From: Octopus sinensis
Taxonomy: Eukaryota
DNA: 64,000 bases
Direction of reading: 5' to 3'
NCBI RefSeq assembly: GCF_006345805.1
Contig: NC_043023.1
Location: forward strand, 6,634,001 to 6,698,000
The notes under the pieces are model-generated. The model made no database searches, was not told the DNA's origin, and saw only the letters and a list, made by a program, of their open reading frames with translations. This document shows, piece after piece, positions 24,030 to 36,624 of the stretch. A program made the translations under genes and the position numbers. Every line of letters begins with the position of its first letter. Within the stretch, counting starts at the first letter, position 1.

Positions 24030-24380
24030 ATCTAGAAGCAACTCAGAAGCAATTTGGGAGCAACCTGGAAGCAATCTAGAAGCAACTTGGAAGCACCTAT
24101 GAAGCAATCTAGGGTGAGCTTATTTTTAACCCACTGGCATCCCAGGACATAATGCTTGTGAATTTTAGTTGTGTGACAGCCTACAAGCAACTCAGAGGCA
24201 ACCTGGTGATATACTGGAAATATTACATTAGCAACTGAGAAGCAATTTTTGTGAGGAAAGGAGACAACTGTATGATATTTTAGCAGTAGATTTTAGGCAA
24301 CTTAGAAGCAACTTTCAGTCAAAATGAAGGCAACTTTGAAGCAAATCTATGGCATCACTGAGGCAATCTGGAGGCAATTA
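24030..24380. repeat. Degenerate ~11-bp repeat (gaagcaatcta)
   Basis: Recurrent gaagcaa/gaggcaa motifs. Confidence 0.55.
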
Positions 24381-24399
24381 TCATAAATAATTCAGTGGT

Positions 24400-25910
24400 A
24401 AAGAGAGTGGTGTATTTTGTCAAAGGTTTACAATTAAGGTGACAAGTAGAGTGGTGTGTCTTGTCTAAGGTCTTACAGCAGAGGTTGACTGAGGGGACAA
24501 GTAGAGTGGTGTGTCTTGTCTAAGGTCTTACAGCAGAGGTTGACTGAGGGGACAAGTAGAGTGGTGTGTCTTGTCTAAGGTCTTACAGCAGAGGTTGACT
24601 GAGGGGACAAGTAGAGTGGTGTGTCTTGTCTAAGGTCTTACGCAGAGGTTGACTGAGGGGCAAGTAGAGTGGTGTGTCTTGTCTAAGGTTACAGCTGAGG
24701 TGACTGAGGGGACAAGTAGAGTGGGTGTCTTGTCTAAGGTCTTACAGCAGAGGTTGACTGAGGGGACAAGTAGAGTGGTGTGTGTTTGTCTAAGGTCTTA
24801 CAGCAGAGGTTGACTGAGGGGACAAGTAGAGTGGTGTGTCTTGTCTAAGGTTTTACAGCAGAGGTTGACTGAGGGGACAAGTAGAGTGGTGGTCTTGTCT
24901 AAGATCTTACAGCAGAGGTTCACTGAGGGGACAAATAGAGTGGTGTGTCTTGTCTAAGGTTTACAGCTGATGTTGACTGAGGGGACAAGTAGAGTGGTGT
25001 GTCTTGTCTAAGGTCTTACAGCAGAGGTTGACTGAGGGGACAAGTAGAGTGGTGTGTCTTGTCTAAGGTCTTACAGCAGAGGTTGACTGAGGGGACAAGT
25101 AGAGTGGTGTGTCTTGTCTAAGGTTTACAGCTGAGGTTGACTGAGGGGACAAGTAGAGTGGTGTGTCTTGTCTAAGGTCTTACAGCAGAGGTTGACTGAG
25201 GGGACAAGTAGAGTGGTGTGTCTTGTCTAAGGTCTTACAGCAGAGGTTGACTGAGGGGACAAGTAGAGTGGTGTGTCTTGTCTAAGGTTTACAGCTGAGG
25301 TTGACTGAGGGGACAAGTAGAGTGGTGTGTCTTGTCTAAGGTCTTAGAGCTGAGGTTGACTGAGGGGACAAGTAGAGTGGTGCGTCTTGTCTAAGGTCTT
25401 ACAGCAGAGGTTGACTGAGGGGACAAGTAGAGTGGTGTGTCTTGTCTAAGGTTTACAGCAGAGGTTGGCTGAGGGGACAAGTAGAGTGGTGTGTCTTGTC
25501 TAAAGTTTACACCTGAGGTTGACTGAGGGGACATGTAGAGTGGTGTACCTTGTCTAAGGTTTACAGCTGAGGTTGACTGAGGGGACAAGTAGAGTGGTGT
25601 GTCTTGTCTAAGGTCTTACATCTGAGGTTGACTGAAGGGACAAGTAAAGTGATGTCTTGTCTAAGGTTTACAGCTGAGGTTGACTGAAGTGACAAAGTAG
25701 AGGGGCGTGTCTTGTCAAAGGTTGACTGAGGGGACAAGTAGAGTGGTGTGTCTTGTCTAAGGTTTACAGCAGTGACAAGTAGAGTGGAGTGTCTTGTCTA
25801 AGGTTTACAGTTGAGGTTTACAGCAATGACAGGTAGAGTGGTGTGTCTTGTCTAAGATTTACACTTAGTTGGGGTTGTCTGTAGTCAGTAGAGTTGTGTG
25901 TCTTGCCTAA
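24400..25910. repeat. 55-bp minisatellite, about 27 copies
   Basis: Unit gacaagtagagtggtgtgtcttgtctaaggtcttacagcagaggttgactgaggg; period measured 24481 to 24536. Confidence 0.95.
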
Positions 25911-26019
25911 GATAACCGGATGACCAGCCAGACAGATGGACATTGAGACAGATGAACAGAAACCAGCAGAGAATATAAGAAAGATCTTACTTACACATAA
26001 TCCTAAGATTATTGGGTGT

Positions 26020-26722
26020 GAGAGAGCAAGGGAGTGAGAGGGAAAGATAGGGAAGACAGAGAGGGGGTGGAGAGAGAGAAAAGGGATAGAGAAAGAGAGA
26101 GAGAAGAGAGAGAGAGAGAGGGAGAAAGAGTGGTAGGGCAGATGACAAATTGTGTGTGTGTGTGTGTGTGTTTGGACAGATTGATGGATGGATGGAGATA
26201 GGGAGAGAGAGAGAGAAGAGAGAGAGGGAGTAATAAGAGAATGACAAATTACATATATGTGTGTGTGTGTATGTATATATATGTATGTGTATTTATGTAT
26301 ATATGTATATGTATGTATGTGTGTGTGCGTATATGTATATGTATGTATGTGTATTTACATGTATGTATATATGTTTGTATGTGTGTGTGTGTGTGCATGT
26401 ATTTGTGTGTGTGCATGCAATTACATTTGTGAGTGTGTATATGTATGTGTGTGTGTGTGTATATATATATGTATGTGTGTAGATATATTTGCATGTATGT
26501 GTGTATGTATGTATGGATGTGTAAGTGGATGGATGGAGATAGAGAGAAAAAGAAAGAGAGAGAGAGAAACAAAGACAGATTATATTCGAAATAAATAGAA
26601 AATGAGAAATTATATGGGTGTGTGTGTGTGTGTGTGTGAATGTGTGTGTGTACATGCATGTATGTACATTTGTGTGTATGTGTATGTGTATGTATATGTG
26701 TGTATGTATGCATGCATGTATG

Positions 26723-26765
<43 letters not shown>

Positions 26766-27100
26766 ATATACATATGTATGTGTGCATGTATGTATGTATG
26801 TATGTATATGTATGTATGTGTGTATGTATGTATGTATGAGTGTGTGTGTGTGTATGTATGTTGGGGGGTAACAATATATATATGGAGAGAAAGAGGAGAG
26901 AGAGAGTGGGGGCAGGGAGATGACATTGGAAAGAGAAAGAGAGAGAGAGGAGAGAGTTAAGAAAATAGGGACATGATAATGGATAAAGAGAGATAAAAGA
27001 GAGTATGAGGAATGAATAGAGAGAGAGAGAGAGAGAAAGAGAGAAAGGTGGTGATAAGGAAAAAGAGTGGGAAAAAAAGAAAGAGAAAAAGAAAGAATGA
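26020..27100. repeat. Compound (GA)n/(TG)n/(TATG)n microsatellites
   Basis: Direct reading. Confidence 0.9.
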
Positions 27101-27800
27101 GATTTTGGTGTACTTGGTTAGTTTTGTTTAATTTTGTTTTTTTTTTAATTAATTAATTAATTAATTAATTAAAATTTATTTACATTCAACGTAATAACAA
27201 AACATATTCACAAAACATATCACAACATAGCTATGCCCGTCCCCACCTCTGTAGGCCCCTCACCATCTCCGGCACCACCCCGATGGCCCAATGGATGTAA
27301 ACAAACCAACCAACCACAGGAGAAACTTTTCGCAGAATTTTGGTTTAAACACCCCACATGACTCCTTGTAACTTTTTTTATTTTTTGGAATTTCCAGAAA
27401 ATTTTTGTGGTTTTTATGTTCTGTACACAGGAATTCATACAATTATGAAAAAAAAAATTGTGTTATTTAAAGGCAGCTTAGCTGTTGTTTTTAGCACATC
27501 CCATGACCACCTAATACCTTCCTCGCTTCTTTATCACTCTGACATGTATTGATGTTTTTTCAATATTTGGAAGAATTCTGATTTAAGAACCCCATATGAC
27601 CCCCTCATAAGTTCTTTATTTTTGGGAATTTTCTAAAAAGTTTGCAAATTTGTGTTCTTCATAGAGGAATTCGTATGATTATGCTACAACAAATTTTTGT
27701 GTGATTTAAGGGTGATTTAGCTGTTGTTTTTAGCACATCCCACGACTACCTGATACTTTACTTGCTTCATTGTCACTCTGACATATCTCTTTCTCTCTTT

Positions 27801-28203
27801 TTTCTTGTTTCAGTCATTTGACTGCGGCCATGCTGGAGCACCGCCTTTAGTCGAGCAAATCGACCCCGGGACTTATTCTTTATAAGCCCAGTACTTATTC
27901 TATCGGTCTCTTTTGCCGAACCGCTAAGTGACGGGGACGTAAACACACCAGCATCGGTTGTCAAGCAATGCTAGGGGGACAAACACAGACACACAAACAT
28001 ATACACACACACACTTATATATATATATATACATATATATGACAGGCTTCTTTCAGTTTCCATCTACCAAATCCACTCACAAGGCATTGGTCCGTCCGAG
28101 GCTATAGTAGAGGACACTTGCCCAAGATGCCACGCAGTGGGACTGAACCCGGAACCATGTGGTTGGTTAGCAAGCTACTTACCACACAGCCACTCCTGCG
28201 CCT
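27801..28203 (-). mobile_element. Family A SINE
   Basis: Matches 271-720. Confidence 0.85.
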
Positions 28204-28450
28204 TAATGTTTTCCAATACATTTCTCCCCATAAACACATTTTATGGAATGGTGATGCACCCAAGGGTGGTCAAATGCTGGGATTTAAACAAAAATTCAGA
28301 TTGTCCATATTTTAAACACTGATTTTAAAACAAGATTCAAAAAAAGAGTGGAAATCTTTTGATTTATGGGTGGGAGGGTTTAAAAAACTTGAAAAGAAAA
28401 TTTTTTTTGCATAATTGGTTTTTTTTTATATAATTGGTTTGTTTTTGCAT

Positions 28451-28848
28451 AGGCGTAGGAGTGGCTGTGTGGTAAGTAGCTTGCTTACGAACCACATGGT
28501 TCCAGGTTCAGTCCCACTGCGTGGCACCTTGGGCAAGTGTCTACTACTATAGCTTCGGGCTGACCAAAGCCTTGTGAGTGGATTTGGTAGACGGAAACTG
28601 AAAGAAGCCTGTCGTATATGTGTATATATATGTATATGTTTGTGTGTCTGTGTTTGTCCTCCTAGCATTGCTTGACAACCGATGCTGGTGTGTTTACGTC
28701 TCCATCACTTAGCGGTTCAGCAAAAGAGACCAATAGAATAAGTACTGGGCTTACAAAGAATAAGTCTTGGGGTCAATTTGCTCGACTAAAGGTAGTACTC
28801 CAGCATGGCCACAGTCAAATGACTGAAACAAGTAAAAGAGTAAAAGAG
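28451..28848 (+). mobile_element. Family A SINE (inverted partner of 27801-28203)
   Basis: Full head-to-tail match. Confidence 0.85.
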
Positions 28849-29264
28849 CAATTGTATGAATTCATGTGTGTTGAATACAAATTCACAAAAATTTTCCAAA
28901 AATTCCAAAAAATAAAAAAGTTATTAGGGGTTATATGGGGTGCTTAAACTAGGATTTTTTGCCCACCTTTTATCTCTAAAATACAGTATAACCCCGTGTG
29001 ACACAAAATAGGGCTACAATGGCACAGTGGTGATCCACAAGGAGTATCTAAGTGTGGCACGGATTTAAAATATGACTTAAAGCTTTAGAAAAACCAGGTA
29101 AATGCAGAGAATGAGGACAGGTTAACGAGGAAATTAGGGTAATGTATGAAAATATTGTGGCTTTCTTGAAATACCTAAATGAGAACGAAATATTGTTTAT
29201 TGTAGAGAGAGAGAGAGAGAGAGAGAGCAGTTGGTGATTAACAAGGATTTAATTAGGGACCACA

Positions 29265-29491
29265 TACTCTTTTACTCTTTTACTTGTTTCAGTCATTTGA
29301 CTGTGGCCATGCTGGAGCACCTCCTTTAGTCGAGCAAATAGACCCCAGGACTTATTCATTGTAAGCCTCATACTTATTCTATCGGTCCCTTTTTGCTGAA
29401 GCGCTAAGGTACGGGGACATAAACACACCAACATCGGTTGTCAATCAATGCTAGGGGGACAAACACAGACACATAAACATATACACACACA

Positions 29492-29551
<60 letters not shown>

Positions 29552-29717
29552 TACGATGGGCTTCTTTCAGTTTCCGTCTACCAAATCCACTCACAAGGCA
29601 TTGGTCAGCCCGAAGCTATAATAGAAGAAACTTGCCCAAGGTGTCAGGCAGTGGGGCTGAACCCGGAACCATGTGGTTGGTAAGCAAGCTACTTACCACA
29701 CAGCCACTCCTGTGCCT
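29265..29717 (-). mobile_element. Family A SINE
   Basis: Matches 271-720. Confidence 0.85.
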
Positions 29718-31141
29718 AAAGAAAAATATTTCAATAGGCTCAGGTATAACTCTGACCATGTCGTTCTGAGTTCAATTCCACTGCACTGTAAAGTGTTCTA
29801 AATCCCTGGGCTGATTAATGCTTCATGAGCCTGTCATGTATATGTGTGTGTGGGGGGTCTTTGTCCCCACTCCCCCATCGCTTGACAACTGGTGATGGTG
29901 TGTTTATGTCCCTGTAACTTAGCAGCTCAGCAAAAGGGACCAATAGAATAAGTACTCGCATTTGAAAAGGATAATTAGTGGGGTTGATACATTCAACTAA
30001 AAATTGTTGAAGGCGGTGTCCCAGCATGGCTGCGGTCTAATGACTGAAACAAGAATGTATGTATATATATATATATTATATATATATACATATATACGAT
30101 GGGCTTCTTTCAGTTTCCGTCTACCAAATCCACTCACAAGGCATTGGTCAGCCCGAAGCTATAATAGAAGAAACTTGCCCAAGGTGTCAGGCAGTGGGGC
30201 TGAACCCGGAACCATGTGGTTGGTAAGCAAGCTACTTACACACAGCCACTCCTGTGCCTAAAGAAAAATATTTCAATAGGCTCAGGTATAACTCTGACCA
30301 TGTCGTTCTGAGTTCAATTCCACTGCACTGTAAAGTGTTCTAAATCCCTGGGCTGATTAATGCTTCATGACCTGTCATGTATATGTGTGTGTGGGGGGTC
30401 TTTGTCCCCACTCCCCCATCGCTTGACAACTGGTGATGGTGTGTTTATGTCCCTGTAACTTAGCAGCTCAGCAAAAGGGACCAATAGAATAAGTACTCGC
30501 ATTTGAAAAGGATAATTAGTGGGGTTGATACATTCAACTAAAAATTGTTGAAGGCGGTGTCCCAGCATGGCTGCGGTCTAATGACTGAAACAAGAATGTA
30601 TGTATATATATATATATTATATATATATACATATATACGATGGGCTTCTTTCAGTTTCCGTCTACCAAATCCACTCACAAGGCATTGGTCAGCCCGAAGC
30701 TATAATAGAAGAAACTTGCCCAAGGTGTCAGGCAGTGGGGCTGAACCCGGAACCATGTGGTTGGTAAGCAAGCTACTTACACACAGCCACTCCTGTGCCT
30801 AAAGAAAAATATTTCAATAGGCTCAGGTATAACTCTGACCATGTCGTTCTGAGTTCAATTCCACTGCACTGTAAAGTGTTCTAAATCCCTGGGCTGATTA
30901 ATGCTTCATGACCTGTCATGTATATGTGTGTGTGGGGGGTCTTTGTCCCCACTCCCCCATCGCTTGACAACTGGTGATGGTGTGTTTATGTCCCTGTAAC
31001 TTAGCAGCTCAGCAAAAGGGACCAATAGAATAAGTACTCGCATTTGAAAAGGATAATTAGTGGGGTTGATACATTCAACTAAAAATTGTTGAAGGCGGTG
31101 TCCCAGCATGGCTGCGGTCTAATGACTGAAACAAGAATGTA

Positions 31142-31150
<9 letters not shown>
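29530..31150. repeat. ~541-bp tandem triplication containing SINE halves
   Basis: ctaccaaatcc at 29578, 30121 and 30662; units nearly identical. Confidence 0.9.
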
Positions 31151-31177
<27 letters not shown>

Positions 31178-31178
<1 letters not shown>

Positions 31179-31480
31179 GGTGCAGGTGTCGCTGTGTGGT
31201 AAGTAGCTTGCTTACCAACATGGTTCTGGGTTCAGTCCCACTGCGTGGCACCTTGAGCAAGCATCTTCTAGAGTATGTATTTGCATGTCTGCATTTCTTC
31301 CCCAACAATTGTTTGATAACCAACGTTGGTGTGTTTACATCCCTGTAACTGTATTGTAGTTCAGCAATAGAGACTGATAGAATAAGTACTAGGCTTACAA
31401 AGAAAAAGTCCTGTGATCAATTTACTCTGCTAAAGGCGGTGCTCCAGCATGACCACAGTCAAATGACTGAAACAAGTAAA
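31178..31480 (+). mobile_element. Family A SINE with internal deletion
   Basis: Head and tail match. Confidence 0.75.
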
Positions 31481-31594
31481 ATCTTAGAATTCATCGATTG
31501 CAGATGTGTTTGTGTTGATAATACTTAACAAACAAAAGAGAGGAGAATGTTCTTATCACTAAAACTAACGAAACTGAGCTTAATTACCGTTTTA

Positions 31595-31690
31595 TCTACT
31601 ATAATAATACTCTCGTGTTTTTCTCTGTCACAACAGATGAATAAGGAAGGAAGGGGTGATGGCAAACTGGTGGAATGGTGGACGTTCAAC
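31595..31690 (+). mobile_element. Helitron-like 5' end fragment
   Basis: a|tctactataataatactctcgtg start; second copy at 53795-53875. Confidence 0.4.
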
Positions 31691-31834
31691 ACTGAAAAGA
31701 AAAATCAAACAGCGTTTCAACTTTGTGTGAGTATATGTCTGTATGTGTGTGTGTGTGTGCACAAGGGAAGTATGTGAATGTATGTGAACATTGACAAGTG
31801 TATTAATTTGATTTACCATCCATATTTATATATC

Positions 31835-32110
31835 TCGTGACCGACCAGGCTATCAGATGTTGCTACACATCGCTGGTCATTGTTTTAGCCTTTAAATGAC
31901 GCCACCCCGCTGGCTAAGCGAGAAGGCCAACAGAGGAAAGAATGAGAGAAAGTTGTGGCGAAAGAGTACAGCAGGGATCGCCACCACCCCCTGCCGGAGC
32001 CTCGTGGAGCTTTAGGTGTTTTCACTCGATAAACACTCACAATGCCCGGTCTGGGAATCAAAACCACGATCCTACAACCACAAGTCCACTGCCCTAACCA
32101 CTAGGCCATT
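31835..32110 (-). mobile_element. OR1-like tRNA SINE
   Basis: Antisense to 9298-9480. Confidence 0.7.
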
Positions 32111-32178
32111 GCTGAAGGCGATATCCCAGCATGGCAGCGGTCTAATGACTGAAACAAGAATATATGTGTGTATGTATG

Positions 32179-32220
<42 letters not shown>

Positions 32221-32560
32221 GTGTGTGTGTGTATGTATGTATATAGATGCAGGAGTGGCTGTGTGGTTCGATTTCCAGGTCTGGGAATCGAAACCGCAAT
32301 CCTACGACCACGAGTTCGCTGCCTTAACCACTGGGCCATTGCGCCTCCACGCTATCCATATTTATATATAAAATACTACAATTAGCCATCATTTTTGACA
32401 ACATGGGACCAGCTTGTATTTTATAAAGAGCAAAACATCATGCTTTAGAATTTTTGGAGACATTTGGGGAGTTTCATACAGGCAGGGCTGTGTTAGCTGC
32501 CTTAAGGGCCCCAGAGAAAATCATTGCACTTGGTCCTGTGCTTATTAACATCAGTAAGTC

Positions 32561-32925
32561 ACAGGGTGCTTGGGCTAAGTTTGATGGGTTACATGAAAGG
32601 AAAAGGGATCACAATATCCCTTCTAAAAATTAAAGTATTTTTAAAAAATCAAAAAATATCTATGACTAGGTTATGACTGGGAGAAAAGAGTTTACTCAAA
32701 GTAGCCACCCTCAGGTTCCCCATGGCCTCAAGACAGCTGCGGAACCTAGCGCATGTGTTTCTCACAGTGTCCTTGGGAAGATCTTCAAATACCTCCTTGA
32801 ACTTGGCCACCAGCTCAGCCTTTGTGTGGAAGGCAGAGCAGGTGGGGTCTTTCTCAACTGAGCTCCACACACACAGTAATCCATGGGATTAGAATCAGAG
32901 GAATTAGGGGGCCGGAATTTAGGGG
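32561..32925 (-). mobile_element. Tc1/maT-like transposase C-terminal remnant with terminal repeat
   Basis: RPPNSSDSNPMDYCV/WSSVEKD...TKAELVAKFKEVFEDLPKDTVRNTCARFRSCLEAM (WPPNSPDLNP-type motif); cagggtg terminus near 32562. Confidence 0.75.
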
Positions 32926-32949
32926 TTGGTGAAGCTGTAAAGATTCTCC

Positions 32950-33300
32950 AACAACCACTTCTGATTCTTTCTGGAGGTATGGCAAAACGGCGAATCCTGC
33001 TACCACACATATGGCCTTCCAGCAACAGTCCTGTCCAGCTAGGGTTTGACCAGAATCTCCAGCAATTTCACAGAGCCGCCTGAATTGAATCTAAGGCATT
33101 TTACCTGCAGTTCTTGGACAACCACTTCTGACTCTTTCTGGTGGTATGTCAAGGAGACAAATCCTGCAGCCACACATATGGCCTTCCAGCCAGGATTTAA
33201 CTACAGTCTCCAGCAGCTTCACACAACCATCCGAACTGACCCTAAGATCCTATTCAAGTATGTAAAACAACATGACACCACCTCACTGCAGACATAGCCA
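32950..33300. repeat. ~170-bp tandem duplication
   Basis: aaccacttctga(t/c)tctttctgg...ccacacatatggccttccagc occurs twice. Confidence 0.65.
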
Positions 33301-33489
33301 AAGACCACTACAGTTTTGAGGAACTTAGCTGTCGTAATATCTATGTCATGTCTTACAGTCGTTGCAGATGAGGTCCTATATGTGTGGCAGCAGGATTTAC
33401 TTTTTTGCCATACCTCCAGAAAGAGTCAGAATGTGGCCTTTTTCATTTTCTGGCTGAGCTTGTTGATGGCATTCATATTACATAACTTT

Positions 33490-34310
33490 ACCATAACCCT
33501 TTGGAGATGAGGCCCTATTTGAAGTTTCAATGCTAAGAAAACAGACCCATTTATGACCTAGGGACCTCCTCTTGGGCTGGGTGTTCCTGAGAAAGTTGGC
33601 AGCATACTCATTAGTCTCCCAGACAAACATTTGAATGAGATCCCATGTGAAAAACAGCATAAAGTCTTCCACTGGGGAGCTTTTGATTTGTGACATATTT
33701 CTAGGTCCTACATTTTCTAAGAATTCATAAGGGTCATCTCTATCTTTACTCTTTCTTTTTTACTTGTTTCAGTCATTTGACTGTGGCCATGCTGGAGCAC
33801 TGCCTTTTAGTCGAGCAAGGACTTATTCTTTGTAAGCCTAGTACTTATTCTATCGGTCTCTTTTGCTGAACCACTAATTGATGGGGACGTAAACACACCA
33901 GCATCGGTTGTGAAGCGATGTTGGGAGAGAGGGGCAAACACAACACACAAACATACACATATATATATACATATATATGACGGGCTTCTTTCAGTTTCCG
34001 TTTACCAAATCCACTCACAAGGCTTTGGTTGGCCTGAGGCTATAGTAGAAGACATTTGCCCAAGGTGCCACGTGGTGGGATTGAACCCGGAACCATGTGG
34101 TTGGTAAGCAAGCTACTTACCACACAGCCACTCAGTATCCTTAATTCTAAAACAAGTGTTCACAACATTATCTTCATCACCATCATCATTTTGACCTTCT
34201 CCATTACTTTTCTGGTTGTCTTCATCAGTTTCAGTGTCAGATTCGCTGCCAGGCTACGAGAAAGCAGACTTGCTGAGAATACTTTCGTCAGTGTCATCGT
34301 CAGCTCAATA
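33490..34310 (-). pseudogene. piggyBac-like transposase remnant split by a SINE
   Basis: Acidic N-terminus DDDTDES...SESDTETDEDNQ at 34140-34310, then SPVEDFMLFFTWDLIQMFVWETNEYAANFL at 33560-33700, a typical PGBD N-terminal motif. Confidence 0.65.
33747..34133 (-). mobile_element. Family A SINE
   Basis: Matches 271-720. Confidence 0.85.
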
Positions 34311-34520
34311 ATAAGGCAGCCATGCCAGTGACACATAAAAGACACCTGTGCCAGTGGCATGTAAGAGGCACCCAGTGCACTCTGGAAAGTTGCTGGCATT
34401 AGGAAGAGCATCCAGCTGTAGAAACCATGCCAAAACAGACGTCTGGGGCCTGGTGCAGCTCTCTGGCTTATAATTTCCAGTCAAACCATCCAACCCATAC
34501 CAGCATGGAAAGCAGATGTT
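34310..34520 (+). mobile_element. Meta-like SINE / RTE-tail
   Basis: Matches 3712-3900. Confidence 0.65.
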
Positions 34521-34529
34521 ATTTCTAGC

Positions 34530-34700
34530 AAGCAGTTGTATGGTGGCACTGAAGGGAAAAGAGCAGTAGGGCACCCTAAAACCACACGGCGAAGGGCCAT
34601 TGATTAGAAAAGGAGATGAGAATGGTGGAGAAGCTGGAATGAGATGAGAACAGGGGCAGAAGAAAGATCTCATTGGAGAAATCATAATGTGGCCTTATGT
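34530..34700 (+). mobile_element. Possible RTE/CR1-type LINE C-terminal remnant
   Basis: LYGGTEGKRAVGHPKTT resembles the GKRPRGRP motif; stops follow. Confidence 0.3.
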
Positions 34701-34955
34701 TTACACGTTAAATTAACACGTAACATCTTCATTAATGCCACCACTGAATTTAGGACGTTTATATTACTTATGAGGTACTCTATATTTTCCAGCTAGAGTG
34801 TAGTTGGGTCTCAAGGGGTGGTACAAACCTAGCAGTATGTGTTTTATAGTGGAAACAAAATGTCCATTCAAACGGCAATTACCAGACGATTTCTAACCAT
34901 TAAAAGTCGTAGAGGAAACGTGACCTATGTGGCAAATAGGTATATAAATATTGTA

Positions 34956-35366
34956 TACTCTTTACTCTTTTACTTGTTTCAGTCATTTGACTGAGGCCAT
35001 GCTGGAGCAGTGCCTTTAGTCGAGCAAATCGACCCCAGGACTTATTCCTTGTAAGCCTACTACTTATTCTATCGGTCTCTTTTGCCAAACTGCTAAGTTA
35101 CAGGGACATACACACATCAACATCGGTTGTCAAGCAATGTTGGGGGGACAAACACAGACACACAAACATATACACACACACACATATATATATATATACA
35201 TATATACGACGGGCTTCTTTCAGTTTCCGTCTACCAAATCCACTCACAAGGCTTTGGTCGGCCCAAGGCTATAGTAGAAGACACTTGCCCAAGGTGCCAT
35301 GCAGTGGGACTGAACCTGGAACCATTTGGTTCGTAAGCAACCTACTTACCACACAGCCACTCCTAC
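34956..35366 (-). mobile_element. Family A SINE
   Basis: Matches 271-720. Confidence 0.85.
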
Positions 35367-35754
35367 TTTATAATTGAAAAATTTACTGTATTTTGTACAT
35401 ACGAGTAAACCAACCTGTGGGCGCAACTGCACCCACGGGTGGGGGTTTCCCCACCCTTGTACTAAGGTATGATTAATAAAGAAGCTAAGAAAGGGTTTTT
35501 GGTATTTTTTTCTAAATTTTTAACTTTTAAACATTGTGATCCATGTCAGAACCTTTTTTTTTTTTAACCTGAAAGGAGCCATCAAGTTTAAAAAACTCCC
35601 AACCACACAGTTTTCAGTTCAGCCCCAGTGTGTGACACCTTGCGTAAGTGTCTTCTATGGATAGCCTTCGACCCAGCAAAGCCTTGTTAAAGGATTTGGT
35701 AGATGGAAACTGAAAAAGCCCATAGTAAATGTGTGTGTGTGTGTGTATGTGTAT

Positions 35755-36170
35755 TCTTTTCTACTCTAGGCACAAGGCCCAAAGTTTTCAGGGGAATGAG
35801 CCAGTCGATTAGATCCACCCAGTACATAACTGGTACTTAATTTATCGACCACAAAAAGATGAAAGGCAAAGTCGACCCCGGCGGAATTTGAACTCAGATT
35901 GTAAAGCCAGAGGAAAGCACTTTTCCCAGTGTGCTAACGTTTCTTATTTCTTTATGGCCCACAAGGGGCTAAACATAGAGGGGACAAACAAGGACAGACA
36001 AAAGGATTAAGTTGATTACATCGACCTCAGTGCCATAACTGGTACTTTGTTGACCCCCCAAAAAGATGAAAGGTAAAGTCGACCTCAGCGGAATTTGAAC
36101 TCAGAATGTAAAGACAGATGAAATACCGCTGAGCATTTCGCTTGGCGTGCTAACGTCTCTGCCAGCTCAC
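35755..36170 (-). mobile_element. Two tandem Nin-domain SINEs
   Basis: Matches 16345-16575. Confidence 0.7.
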
Positions 36171-36187
36171 CTGTGTGTACGTGTATT

Positions 36188-36535
36188 GCCACAGGTATGG
36201 CTATGTGGTAAGAAAGTCTCTTCCCAACAACATGGATCCAGGTTCAGTCCCACTGTGTGGCACCTTGGGCAAGTATCTTCTACTATAGCCCAGGTCTGAC
36301 CAAAGCCTTGTGAATGGATTTGGGAGACGGAAACTGAAAGAAGCCCGCTGTGTATGTATCCTACGAACGCTCGACGCGTTGGTTTGTTTACATCCCCGTA
36401 ACGTAGCGGTTCGCCAAAACGACTAATAGAATAAATACTGGGTTTAAAATGTAAACATAAGTACCAGGGTTTGATTTGTTCGACTAAAACGAAAAGGAAA
36501 GTCAAGGCTTTGCCCCAGCATGGCGCAGTTCACAA
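36188..36535 (+). mobile_element. Family A SINE, diverged
   Basis: Head and tail recognisable. Confidence 0.7.
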
Positions 36536-36624
36536 ACTAAAATACGTAAAATATAAGAGAAGGTAATTGGGAGATAACTAATGGAAACCCAAATGTGAGT
36601 TACTTCCCTTAGTTAATAGAATTA

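Noticed and set aside
24400-25910. CRISPR-like array
   Set aside because: No unique spacers, no cas genes, eukaryotic context; a plain minisatellite.
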